In this document: positions 38,639-47,871 of the stretch, one piece after another
Position numbering within the stretch: position 1 is the first letter of the stretch
Layout of the letters: the number at the start of each line of letters is the position of its first letter
DNA from: an uncultured Bacilli bacterium
GTDB lineage: Bacteria; Bacillota_I; Bacilli_A; RF39; UBA660
Length of the DNA: 64,000 bases
Reading direction: 5' to 3'
Assembly: GCA_934149105.1 (NCBI GenBank)
Contig: CAKPDP010000001.1
Span: forward strand, 70,438 to 134,437
Position numbers and translations under genes: made by a program
The notes under the pieces: model-generated
Told to the model about the DNA's origin: nothing
Seen by the model: the letters and a program-made list of their open reading frames with translations, nothing else
Database searches by the model: none

Positions 38639-41140
38639 ATGTTAAAGATATTAAGAAAATTATTTGATAATGAATATAAAGATTTAAAGAAGTTTAATTT
38701 GATAGCGGATGCTGTATTAGAATTAGAAGATGATATGGCGAAGCTTAGTGATAAAGAATTAGCTTCTTATACAGATAAGTTTAAGAAAAGATTAGAAGAT
38801 GGGGAAACGTTAGAAGATATAATGGTAGAAGCTTTTGCGGTATGTAGAGAAGCGGCTTATAGATGTGTTGATATGAAACCATTTCCTTGCCAATTAGTTG
38901 GTGGTTTAGCAATACATTATGGTAATATAGCGGAAATGAAGACTGGTGAAGGTAAAACTTTGACTTGTGTGTTACCAGCTTATTTGAATGCTCTTACAGG
39001 TAAGGGAGTACATATTGTAACTGTAAATGAGTTCTTGTCGCGAAGAGATTCGGAATGGATGGGAAGTATATTTAAATTTTTAGGCTTGACTGTAGGTCTT
39101 AATACTAGAGGATTGTCGGCAGAAGAGAAGAGAGAAGCTTATAATTCTGATATTATGTATACGACAAATAGTGAATTAGGATTTGATTATTTGCGTGATA
39201 ATATGGTAGTTAGAAAAGAAAATAGAGTTCAAAGAAAACTTAATTATTGTATTGTTGATGAGGTGGATAGTATTTTAATAGATGAAGCTAGAACACCATT
39301 AATTATTTCAGGAGGAGTAGCCCAATCTGCTAATATATATGTTCAAGCTGATAGTTTTGCTAAGTCATTAGAGGAAAATGAAGACTATATAATGGATCTT
39401 AAGACTAAGAGTATTAATTTGAGTGATGCTGGTGCTGAAAAAGCTGAAAAGTATTTTAAGGTTAAAAATTTATATGATATAGATAATACGTCTTTGGTTC
39501 ATCATATTAATCAGGCTTTGAGAGCTAATTATTTTATGAATAAAGATGTGGATTATGTTGTTTCTGATGACGCTATTGTAATAGTTGATCAATTTACAGG
39601 ACGTCTTATGAAGGGAAGAGCTTTTTCAGAAGGATTACATCAAGCTATAGAAGCTAAAGAGGGAGTTAAGATTAATCAAGAGACAAAGACAGTAGCAACA
39701 ATTACATATCAAAATTTATTTAGAATGTATGATAAATTATCTGGTATGACTGGTACTGCTAAGACTGAGGAAGAAGAATTTAGAAATATATATAATATGT
39801 TTGTTATTCAGATACCTACTAATAAACCAGTAATAAGAATCGATGAAGTTGATTTGCTTTACTCTAATAAGCAAGGTAAGTATAGTGCTATTATAAAAGA
39901 GATAGAAGCAAGGCATAAAAAAGGTCAGCCAGTATTAGTTGGTACTATTGCTATTGAGACTAGTGAACTTATTAGTAAGTTGCTTAGTAAAAAAGGAATT
40001 AAGCATGAAGTATTGAATGCTAAAAATCATGAGAGAGAAGCAGAAATTATAGCTAGAGCAGGTGAAAAGGGGTCTGTTACTATTGCTACTAACATGGCTG
40101 GTCGTGGTACTGATATTAAATTAGGTGAAGGTGTAAAAGAACTTGGTGGTTTATGTGTAATAGGTACTGAAAGACATGAATCTAGACGTATAGATAATCA
40201 GCTTAGAGGTAGAGCAGGCCGTCAGGGTGATCCAGGATTTACCCAATTCTATGTATCTTTTGAAGATGAACTTATGGTAAGATTTGGTTCAGATAAATAT
40301 AAAGATATGTTACAAAGAATGGGCTTTACTGGGGAACAAGCTATTAGAAATAAGATGTTTGCTAAGGCATTTGAATCAGCTCAAAAGAGAGTTGAAGGAA
40401 ACAACTTTGATATAAGAAAACATTTATTACAATATGATGATGTTATGAATAATCAAAGAGAGATTATTTATGCTAAGAGAAATGAAATATTAGATAGTGA
40501 ATCTATACATGAACAAACTTTACAACTTCTTAGTGACTATATTACTAATATTATTAATAATCATTTAGGTGATTCTAATAGATTAGATGATAAAGATTAT
40601 GATGAAATATTAGAAGAGACTAATGAAAATATTTTGAAACATCATAGAATTACGATAACTGAGATAAAGGGTAAGTCTGCTTCAGAGGTAATTGATATTA
40701 TTTTTGATAAGGTTAAAGAAGATTATGAAGAGAAGTTAGCCGATATTCCTAGAGAAGTAGCTAGAGAATTTGAAAAAGCTATTACTCTTAGGGTTATTGA
40801 TAATTATTGGATGGATCATATTAGTACTATGAGTCATTTAAGAGAGGGAATAGGTCTTAGGGGGTATGCAAATACGGATCCTTTACAGGCATATACTATG
40901 GAAGGTTATGAGTTGTTTGATAATATGTTAGAAAGAATCAATAAGAATGTTAGTATATTGTTATTGAAGTCAGAAATAAGACAAAATATTGAAAGAAAAG
41001 AAGCTGTTAAGAAAACGGTTACTAATGATGTTAAGGAAAAAGGGGCAAAGAGAGTTCCTAAAAAATCAGAGAAGGTAGGCAGAAATGATTTGTGTCCATG
41101 TGGAAGTGGCAAAAAGTATAAAAACTGTTGTGGTAAATAG
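38639..41140 (+). CDS. secA: preprotein translocase ATPase SecA
   Basis: MLKILRKLFD start, EMKTGEGKTL Walker A, DEVDSILIDEARTPLIISG, C-terminal Zn motif CPCGSGKKYKNCCGK. Confidence 0.96.
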   Translation: MLKILRKLFDNEYKDLKKFNLIADAVLELEDDMAKLSDKELASYTDKFKKRLEDGETLEDIMVEAFAVCREAAYRCVDMKPFPCQLVGGLAIHYGNIAEMKTGEGKTLTCVLPAYLNALTGKGVHIVTVNEFLSRRDSEWMGSIFKFLGLTVGLNTRGLSAEEKREAYNSDIMYTTNSELGFDYLRDNMVVRKENRVQRKLNYCIVDEVDSILIDEARTPLIISGGVAQSANIYVQADSFAKSLEENEDYIMDLKTKSINLSDAGAEKAEKYFKVKNLYDIDNTSLVHHINQALRANYFMNKDVDYVVSDDAIVIVDQFTGRLMKGRAFSEGLHQAIEAKEGVKINQETKTVATITYQNLFRMYDKLSGMTGTAKTEEEEFRNIYNMFVIQIPTNKPVIRIDEVDLLYSNKQGKYSAIIKEIEARHKKGQPVLVGTIAIETSELISKLLSKKGIKHEVLNAKNHEREAEIIARAGEKGSVTIATNMAGRGTDIKLGEGVKELGGLCVIGTERHESRRIDNQLRGRAGRQGDPGFTQFYVSFEDELMVRFGSDKYKDMLQRMGFTGEQAIRNKMFAKAFESAQKRVEGNNFDIRKHLLQYDDVMNNQREIIYAKRNEILDSESIHEQTLQLLSDYITNIINNHLGDSNRLDDKDYDEILEETNENILKHHRITITEIKGKSASEVIDIIFDKVKEDYEEKLADIPREVAREFEKAITLRVIDNYWMDHISTMSHLREGIGLRGYANTDPLQAYTMEGYELFDNMLERINKNVSILLLKSEIRQNIERKEAVKKTVTNDVKEKGAKRVPKKSEKVGRNDLCPCGSGKKYKNCCGK

Positions 41141-41146
41141 CCTCAC

Positions 41147-41180
41147 AAACCCGCATAAATAAAGGGATGCGGGTTTTTCT
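41147..41180 (+). terminator. rho-independent terminator after secA
   Basis: Stem aaacccgcat / atgcgggttt with a 10-nt loop and TTTT tail. Confidence 0.8.
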
Positions 41181-41419
41181 ATGATTACAATATTTAGGTG
41201 ATTTTAGGCATGTTTTTTGTCTTAGATAAGTTTTAGATAAACTATAAAATCTTTATAATTCCTTATAAAATATGGGTAAAACGCATATTGAGATAATGAT
41301 TTCAAATTGGATACAAAACTTATCTAAAACTTATTTAAATTGTAATTTATTATTCAAAAGTTGTAATAATCAAAATTATACCAATAATTTATGTTATAAT
41401 TCTTATAAGAGGTGTAAGA

Positions 41420-42511
41420 ATGAAAAGGATTTTAATATTAGGAATTTGTATGTTAGTACTTTTACCACTTACAGTAAATGCAACAGGTGGTGGTTTAAGA
41501 AAAAGTTCTATAAAAACTTGTCCAAATGGTGTCACATATGGAATGCACAGTGATGGTCATGGCGGAACTCATTGGCATGTGGCAGTGACAAATGGAAATA
41601 ATTATTATGCTGAAGGAGAAGCAATTTATAGTGATCCATGTCCTGGCTATAACAAAAATGAGGGGACTGCTGGAGTAACGGATGGTAGCAACAACTCTTC
41701 ATCGAACAGTTCCGGAAATGGTGGGACAAGTAGCAATTATGGTAATAATTATTCAAACAATAATACACAAAATAACATCCAAAAAGAAGTAGTTATAGAA
41801 AAAAGCAAAGATAATTCTATAAAAGAAGTATCTATTGATGATGAACAAATAACTGTTTCTGATAATATGAATTTTAAAACAGAAAAAAAACATGTTGATA
41901 TTAAGATAGAAGCAAATGATTCAAAAGCGAAAGTTGAATTTGAAAATAAAGAATTATCACTGGGTGAAAATACAATTAATATAGTTGTTACTGCCGAAAA
42001 TGGAGACAAAAAGAATTATACTTTAACAATTAATAAAACTAAAGGCAAGGGAATAGCTACAATTAAAAAATTTGTATTAGGATCTGGTGAAGTTGAATTT
42101 GAAAACAATAAAGCTACCATAACTAAATTAAAGAATGAAACATCCCTAGACTATTCATACGAGTTAAGTGATGCAAAGGCAAAACTAAAAATATATTTAA
42201 ACGGAAAAGAGATTACAAAACTAGAATCATTGAAAGAAAATGACAAGATAAAATTAATAGTTTTAGATGAAAATGATAATGAAAATATATATGAAATAAT
42301 TATTACTGATTATCCTGCTATTGTTTCTATTATAATAGATATGTTAGCGACCATAATAACAGCAGGCATCTTTTTATCACCGATAGTTATTATATTGATT
42401 ATTAAGAATAAAAAGAAGAATAAACGAAGTAATAATGTACAACATGCACAATTAATTGATGATACAGTAAAAAAAGAAAATCAGAATAATAAAAACTATG
42501 AAACAAGATAG
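41420..42511 (+). CDS. secreted membrane-anchored protein with His-rich N-terminal module, N/S-rich linker and cadherin-like beta-sandwich domain(s)
   Basis: Signal peptide MKRILILGICMLVLLPLTVNA, GMHSDGHGGTHWHVA module, TINIVVTAENGDKKNYTLTINK repeat signature, C-terminal TM plus KNKKKNKR. Confidence 0.6.
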   Translation: MKRILILGICMLVLLPLTVNATGGGLRKSSIKTCPNGVTYGMHSDGHGGTHWHVAVTNGNNYYAEGEAIYSDPCPGYNKNEGTAGVTDGSNNSSSNSSGNGGTSSNYGNNYSNNNTQNNIQKEVVIEKSKDNSIKEVSIDDEQITVSDNMNFKTEKKHVDIKIEANDSKAKVEFENKELSLGENTINIVVTAENGDKKNYTLTINKTKGKGIATIKKFVLGSGEVEFENNKATITKLKNETSLDYSYELSDAKAKLKIYLNGKEITKLESLKENDKIKLIVLDENDNENIYEIIITDYPAIVSIIIDMLATIITAGIFLSPIVIILIIKNKKKNKRSNNVQHAQLIDDTVKKENQNNKNYETR

Positions 42512-42580
42512 GATAGTTACACTAATAAAAAAATCAATGAGTTTAATAGCAAATATGATTTAACAACTATAGACGGAATA

Positions 42581-43138
42581 ATGTCTATACCTGTAACTGA
42601 AGCTCAAAAATATTCTGATGGTGGTGAAAGTGCTGTATATATGCCAGAACAAATACTTAGTAGAAAAGCTACAGAGTATAAAAATAATAAAAGCTATGAT
42701 TTAGCAATAGCGTGTTTGAAAAAAGTGAACGAGTTGTATCCTCATTCTTTCTACACATATACAAGAGATGACTATGAAAGATTAGTTGATATGATGATTT
42801 TAGCAGGGAGGTTTGAAGATGCAAAAGTAGAACATAAAAATTTGAATAAATTACATGGTACACGAGTAGATGAATTGCATAATTTACAAAAGTTTGCCTC
42901 TGAAACAGGAACAGAAAGTGCTGAAGGCTATCAAAAACGAATAATTGACCCTTATATTGAAGAAGCACATGATAGAGAAGTCTATTATTGGTTATTGGAA
43001 AATATTCCACAAGTAGCACCAAAATCTTTTGGTGGATATAGAAGAATTAAAAATATGAATTCCACAAGTTTTAAACAAATAGTTGAGAAAATAGAAAAAA
43101 GAGGTTATAAAATAGAAGAAATAAGATTTTGGATGTAG
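42581..43138 (+). CDS. hypothetical cytoplasmic protein (helical repeat-like)
   Basis: 185-aa ORF with a weak RBS. No signal peptide and no family recognised. Confidence 0.45.
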   Translation: MSIPVTEAQKYSDGGESAVYMPEQILSRKATEYKNNKSYDLAIACLKKVNELYPHSFYTYTRDDYERLVDMMILAGRFEDAKVEHKNLNKLHGTRVDELHNLQKFASETGTESAEGYQKRIIDPYIEEAHDREVYYWLLENIPQVAPKSFGGYRRIKNMNSTSFKQIVEKIEKRGYKIEEIRFWM

Positions 43139-43478
43139 TTAAATTACAAAATGTTATTCTTGCCTAAAAATTGTAATTTATTAAAATTCGCTATTTTTTA
43201 GATAAGTTTTTAGATAAGTTCTGCTAGGTTTGCCGAGTGCTACGGAATGCTCCCAGGTGTAACTAAGTGCCGAATTAACGAGCCAATTGTTCCCAAAAGC
43301 TGCCAAAATCCCTAATACAAAAGGCCATATAGTTGGAGAGATCCGTATAGTACAAATCCATATGAAGACTCTTTAGGAATTTTTGATTTGAACAGAAGAA
43401 AAATACTAGAATGTTTAGCAAAAAATGGTGACTATTCTAAAAAGAGTGAAGTTATATATGTAAAAAGGAAGATGAAGA

Positions 43479-44143
43479 ATGAGAACTAAAATTGATATAA
43501 ATAATTGGAAACGAAAGTTAGCATATGAAACTTTTTCGAATTTTAGTGACCCATATACAGGTATAGTTACTAAAATAGATATAACTAACTTAGTTAATTT
43601 TTGCAAAGAAAATAAGGCTGTATGACGTATTTTGTATTAAAATCTATGAACGAAATTGATGCATTTAGTTATGGTTATGAAAAAGAAAATGCTAAAGAAT
43701 CTGTCTATAAATATGATTCTTTAGTAGCAACCGCTACTGTTGTAAATAGCGATAATGAATTGAATTTTACGAGATATGTTAAGTATGATGAAGATATTTC
43801 TAATTTTCTTATAGAATTTTCAAAGGCTACAGAAGATGCATCTAATAATATTCCATACTATAAAATATCAGGATTGGAAAATAGGAATAAAGTGAATATA
43901 ACATGTATTCCTTGGATTACTTTTTCAAATTTTAAAGATGCTGTTAATTTTAATGGGAAAAATAGTAAACCTAAAATTTGTTGAGAAAGATATTATTTAG
44001 AAGGAGATAGATATCTTATAGATATTTCGTTACTAGTAAATCATGCATTTCAAGATGGATATCATATGGGTTTATTTTTCAATAATTTACAACAAAATAT
44101 ATACAATCTAAAAGTAAATAAAAATTTAGTGAAAGTAAGGTAG
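43479..44143 (+). pseudogene. chloramphenicol O-acetyltransferase (type A CAT family) pseudogene
   Basis: MRTKIDINNWKRKLAYETF...KENKAV is broken by a frameshift near 43620. It continues as TYFVLKSMNEIDAF...CIPWITFSNF...PKIC, then an in-frame TGA (43982-43984), then ERYYLEGDRYLIDISLLVNHAFQDGYHMGLFF. Confidence 0.8.
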
Positions 44144-44148
44144 AATAT

Positions 44149-44790
44149 ATGTTAAAAAAATATTGTAAACTTAATGATAGTAATTTTTGTAATATAAATT
44201 ATATTGTTTATGCCCCAGAAGCAAAAGAAAGTGATTTGCCATTACTATTGTTTTTACATGGTATTGGAGAAAGAGGTAATAAAGTAGAAGATGTAGAGAA
44301 ATATGCTTTACCTAAATATATGAATAATTTTGATATACCTTATATTGTTGTTGCTCCACAGTGTACTGATAACAATTTTTGGGATTATCATTTAAGGGAT
44401 GTAGAAAAAATCTTGGAAGAAGTTTACAAAGAATATAAATACGATAAAAGCAGAGTATGTATTTTAGGAAGTAGCATGGGAGCATTTGCTGCTTGGAATT
44501 ACATTATGTCAAGGCCAGAACTATTTAAGGGTATAGTTTCAGTATCAGGTGGTATAATGCTACCTATTAATCAAACTCTATTACCATTAAAGGACAAATC
44601 AATTTTGATATATCATGGAAATGCTGATGATGTTATTGATGTTAATGAAAGTATACAAGCTTATGATAAACTTAAAAGCATAAATTCAAAAAATATAGAA
44701 TTAAAAATTATAGAAAATGATAATCATTTTTTAACTTCACATGCCTTTAAAGATAAGTACTTGTACGAATGGTTAGAGAAAAATATTTAA
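44149..44790 (+). CDS. alpha/beta hydrolase (carboxylesterase/peptidase S9-like)
   Basis: LLLFLHGIGERGN, nucleophile elbow GSSMGAF, HGNADDVI and a late His (NDNHF) give a Ser-Asp-His arrangement. Confidence 0.75.
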   Translation: MLKKYCKLNDSNFCNINYIVYAPEAKESDLPLLLFLHGIGERGNKVEDVEKYALPKYMNNFDIPYIVVAPQCTDNNFWDYHLRDVEKILEEVYKEYKYDKSRVCILGSSMGAFAAWNYIMSRPELFKGIVSVSGGIMLPINQTLLPLKDKSILIYHGNADDVIDVNESIQAYDKLKSINSKNIELKIIENDNHFLTSHAFKDKYLYEWLEKNI

Positions 44791-44802
44791 GTAGGTGAAT
44801 AA

Positions 44803-46767
44803 ATGAGAATAATTAGTATTGGAGATTTAGTTACAGATTTTTATTATAAAAATGGCAAATTGATAGGAGTAAATGGAGGTATGACTTCTCATAATATAAT
44901 CGCTAATATTGCCAAACTCGGTTTAGAAACATCCGTGTATGGTGTATGTGGTGATGATATGGCAGGTACTATAGCAATTAATAGTTTAAAGGAAGTCGGA
45001 ACAAATATTGATAATGTAAAAATAATTGAAAATGTAAACACACGTTGTTTTCACGTTTCATATCAAGAATTAAATGGTAAATTAGAGTTTACTTCAAAAA
45101 AGGGATGCCCTGTTTGTAATATAAAAAAATGGTATGAAGAAAGTAAAATAGAACCAAATGACATTTTGAAACAAATTAATAAAGATGATGTTTTGATTTT
45201 TGATAATTTAAACAATAAAAATCAAATTATAATAGATAATTGTAATAATAGAAAAATGTTAGATTTGGGACAATATTTTGAATTAGAAGATTATAATGAT
45301 AATGAAATAATTGAAAAAATTAAAAATAAATTTGATATTATAAATTTAAATGAAAGAGTTGAAAAATATTTGAAAAATAGATTCTCTAAAAACTCATTGG
45401 AAGATATATATAATTTATTACAACCTAAAATGATAATTGTAACTAGGGGAAAAAAAGGTTCAGATTTTGTTTTTGATAATAAAAAAGTCAAAAAAGAGTT
45501 AAGTAATCCTGAGGTAGAAGTTGATCCAACAGGAGCTGGTGATGCATTTTTTTCAATGTTTATTAGTGAATATATAAAAAACACCTATGTTATTGATTAT
45601 AAATTTATTGATTCAACTTTTGATAAAGCAACAAGGCTTACAAAAAAAGTCGTAAAAAAGTTTGGAGCAAGAGGGCATATACAAAATTTATATAAAATAA
45701 AAAAAGTGAAAGATGCTTGCACTTGCAGTAATTTTGATATTTTATTAAGAAAACAAATAAAAAGATGTAATATAAATATCAACAATTTAGAAACAAGAAT
45801 AATTAATGCTATTAATAGTAGTGCTTATGATAAGCTATCTAAAATAGATTTTAGAAGTTTAAATAATAGTATTTTTGTAGGAACTGGTGGTTCTTTTGCA
45901 GGTGCAAAATTTTCATCAAAACTTATTAATCATTTATATGGAATAAACACGATTGCTTTATATCCTAGAGACCTATATTATAGAAACAATAATAGTGTTG
46001 ATTCGGCATTCTTATTCACCTACTCGGGAACTACAAATGATTTGCTTGTTGGTGCAAGTTTAATCGACAACAAAAATAAATATATTATAACAAAAGGTGA
46101 GTTACAAAAAGTTGTAACAAAAACCGGAATATCTAAAAACAATGTTATTTCATATCGAACAGGGACCAATAAAGGAAAAGAAAGAGGTTTTCTATCATTT
46201 GAAGGTGCTTTAGCACCTGCTAGTTTATTTTTAAAATTATATTTTGAAAATAAATCAAGAAATGATGTTGAATGTTTTATTAGAGACGGTATAAGTTATT
46301 GGAAAAATTACTTTGATAAATATTTTAAAGAAAATAAAAAAGTGTTAAAAGAATTTTTAAAAGAAGGAAATAGTTTTAATATTTTTACAGGAGATTTTAC
46401 TGAGTCTGCTAGTAGTGATTTAGAAAGTAAAATAATTGAGTCTGGTATATATAATTGTTTAATTCATGAAAAGAAAAATTTTTCGCATGGAAGATTTATC
46501 AACTATGAACATTTTAGTCATAATAAAAATATTTATTTTAAACAAAAAAATGCAAGTTTATATGAGGAAAAGTTATTGGAATACTTAGAAAAAGATCAGA
46601 ATTTAATAATTGAAAGTAGATATGATGGAATATTATGTGAGTATGATTTATTAATTGCATCTCAATATCTGATATATTATATATCAAATTATCTAAATAT
46701 AGATATTTCAAAACCTACGTATAACGAAGATGCAATGAAAATTTATTTTTATAAAGGTGAACTATAG
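44803..46767 (+). CDS. fusion protein: N-terminal PfkB/ribokinase-family sugar kinase plus C-terminal double SIS (sugar isomerase/deglycase-type) domain
   Basis: PfkB signature DPTGAGDAFFS near residue 250. SIS-like FVGTGGSFAGAKFSS...FTYSGTTND and a second SIS-like FTGDFTESASSDLESKIIESG...FSHGRF. Confidence 0.6.
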   Translation: MRIISIGDLVTDFYYKNGKLIGVNGGMTSHNIIANIAKLGLETSVYGVCGDDMAGTIAINSLKEVGTNIDNVKIIENVNTRCFHVSYQELNGKLEFTSKKGCPVCNIKKWYEESKIEPNDILKQINKDDVLIFDNLNNKNQIIIDNCNNRKMLDLGQYFELEDYNDNEIIEKIKNKFDIINLNERVEKYLKNRFSKNSLEDIYNLLQPKMIIVTRGKKGSDFVFDNKKVKKELSNPEVEVDPTGAGDAFFSMFISEYIKNTYVIDYKFIDSTFDKATRLTKKVVKKFGARGHIQNLYKIKKVKDACTCSNFDILLRKQIKRCNININNLETRIINAINSSAYDKLSKIDFRSLNNSIFVGTGGSFAGAKFSSKLINHLYGINTIALYPRDLYYRNNNSVDSAFLFTYSGTTNDLLVGASLIDNKNKYIITKGELQKVVTKTGISKNNVISYRTGTNKGKERGFLSFEGALAPASLFLKLYFENKSRNDVECFIRDGISYWKNYFDKYFKENKKVLKEFLKEGNSFNIFTGDFTESASSDLESKIIESGIYNCLIHEKKNFSHGRFINYEHFSHNKNIYFKQKNASLYEEKLLEYLEKDQNLIIESRYDGILCEYDLLIASQYLIYYISNYLNIDISKPTYNEDAMKIYFYKGEL

Positions 46768-46931
46768 AATTTTTTTGATAGATTTAGAAATACTACGTTG
46801 TTAAATTTCTAAAATTATAGTATAATTTTAATGCAAGTATATTTTATAAATATACTAAATTTAGTAAATATTTTAGAGACGAATGATTATGATAACAATG
46901 TGTGCAATTTGTGTGCAAAAAATAAAAAATA

Positions 46932-47092
46932 CATAGTACTATATGTACTAAATATATCGCATAGTACTATATGTACTAAATATATCGCATAGTACTATAT
47001 GTACTAAATATATCGCATAGTACTATATGTACTAAATATATCGCATAGTACTATATATACTAAATATATCGCATAGTACTATATATACTAAA
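46932..47092. repeat. 28-bp direct tandem repeat, 5 full units plus a 21-nt partial unit
   Basis: The unit CATAGTACTATATGTACTAAATATATCG repeats head-to-tail at 46932, 46960, 46988, 47016, 47044 and 47072. The last two units carry a G-to-A variant (TATATATAC). Each unit contains AGTAC-TATAT-GTACT dyad symmetry. Confidence 0.95.
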
Positions 47093-47307
47093 GAAGGACG
47101 AACTTGTGGTTCGAGAAAAAAGATATAAGAATTGCTGTGGAAAGTAGGATAAAATAAGGGAAAGATTTAATTCTTTTTAAATATAAATCGGTTCGAGTTT
47201 TATAACTTGTCCACAAAATATTAAAAATGTGTAGTAAAATAAAGGTGTGAACAATGATTATATTTGTTGACACCTTTTAAAATCTAAATAAAAATGGAGG
47301 TATAACC

Positions 47308-47590
47308 ATGGAAGAAAATAACAATAATATTGTAATTTATCAAACTGATGATGGAACGACAAAAATAGATGTAAAACTTGAAGATTAAACAGTATGGTTA
47401 TCACAGCAACAGATGGCTGACTTATATGATACAACTAAACAAAATATAAGTTTGCATATTAAAAATATCTTTGATGAAGAAGAATTAGACATAAATTTAA
47501 TCAAAAAGAAGGAAATCGAAAAGTTGAAAGAAAAGTTAAATATTACAATTTAGATATGATTATATCTTGGATTTATGCCTGCTTTTTAGA
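47308..47590 (+). pseudogene. RhuM-family protein pseudogene (N-terminal fragment)
   Basis: MEENNNNIVIYQTDDGTTKIDVKLED-stop-TVWLSQQQMADLYDTTKQNISLHIKNIFDEEEL matches the RhuM N-terminus with an in-frame TAA. A frameshifted continuation reads NQKEGNRKVERKVKYYNLDMIIS and then truncates. Confidence 0.7.
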
Positions 47591-47871
47591 TATATTATTT
47601 GGAAAGATGTTGTTTTATTGTATTTGATGGTTATATAGGTAAGAATGTTGATAGAGATAAAAATTTATAGCATATAAATTGGCATTCTCTGATATGGATA
47701 AAGCATTAATTGATGAAGAGATTATGAATGTATTTAATAAAATAATAAATGATGTAACTAGTAATAAATTTAGAAATATGTTAAAGTGCAAATTTAATTT
47801 GTACTTTTTTTAGTTGTAATAATTATTCATTTTTTATTTCTTTTTCGTATTATATAATAGAAAGGGGTTAA

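Noticed and set aside
41272-41553. 93-aa ORF upstream of and overlapping gene 41420
   Set aside because: No RBS. The composition is AT-driven (N/K/Y/C-rich). It overlaps the well-supported signal-peptide start of the 363-aa protein in another frame.
43472-43489. Five-codon ORF MKNEN overlapping the CAT start as a chloramphenicol-inducible attenuation leader
   Set aside because: cat genes of Gram-positive plasmids use short leader peptides. I could not identify the required RBS-sequestering stem-loop here, the peptide does not match known leaders, and the downstream gene is dead.
43415-43606. 63-aa minus-strand ORF
   Set aside because: It is antisense to the 5' part of the CAT pseudogene. 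Its hydrophobicity is the usual mirror-image artefact of an AT-rich coding strand.
43982-43984. In-frame TGA in the CAT-like gene read as Trp (genetic code 4)
   Set aside because: prfB is present with a TGA-dependent frameshift site, and genes in the window terminate at TGA (for example the DUF951 gene at 11277-11279). The CAT gene also has an independent frameshift. A pseudogene is the simpler reading.
46932-47092. CRISPR array interpretation of the 28-bp repeats
   Set aside because: The units abut directly with no unique spacers, and no cas genes or leader are nearby. It is a plain tandem repeat.
47088-47273. 61-aa minus-strand hydrophobic ORF next to the repeat array
   Set aside because: The GTG start has no spacing from the purine-rich tract, and there is no recognisable family. 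It lies in a region of gene debris, so it is possibly spurious. It was kept out of the feature list.
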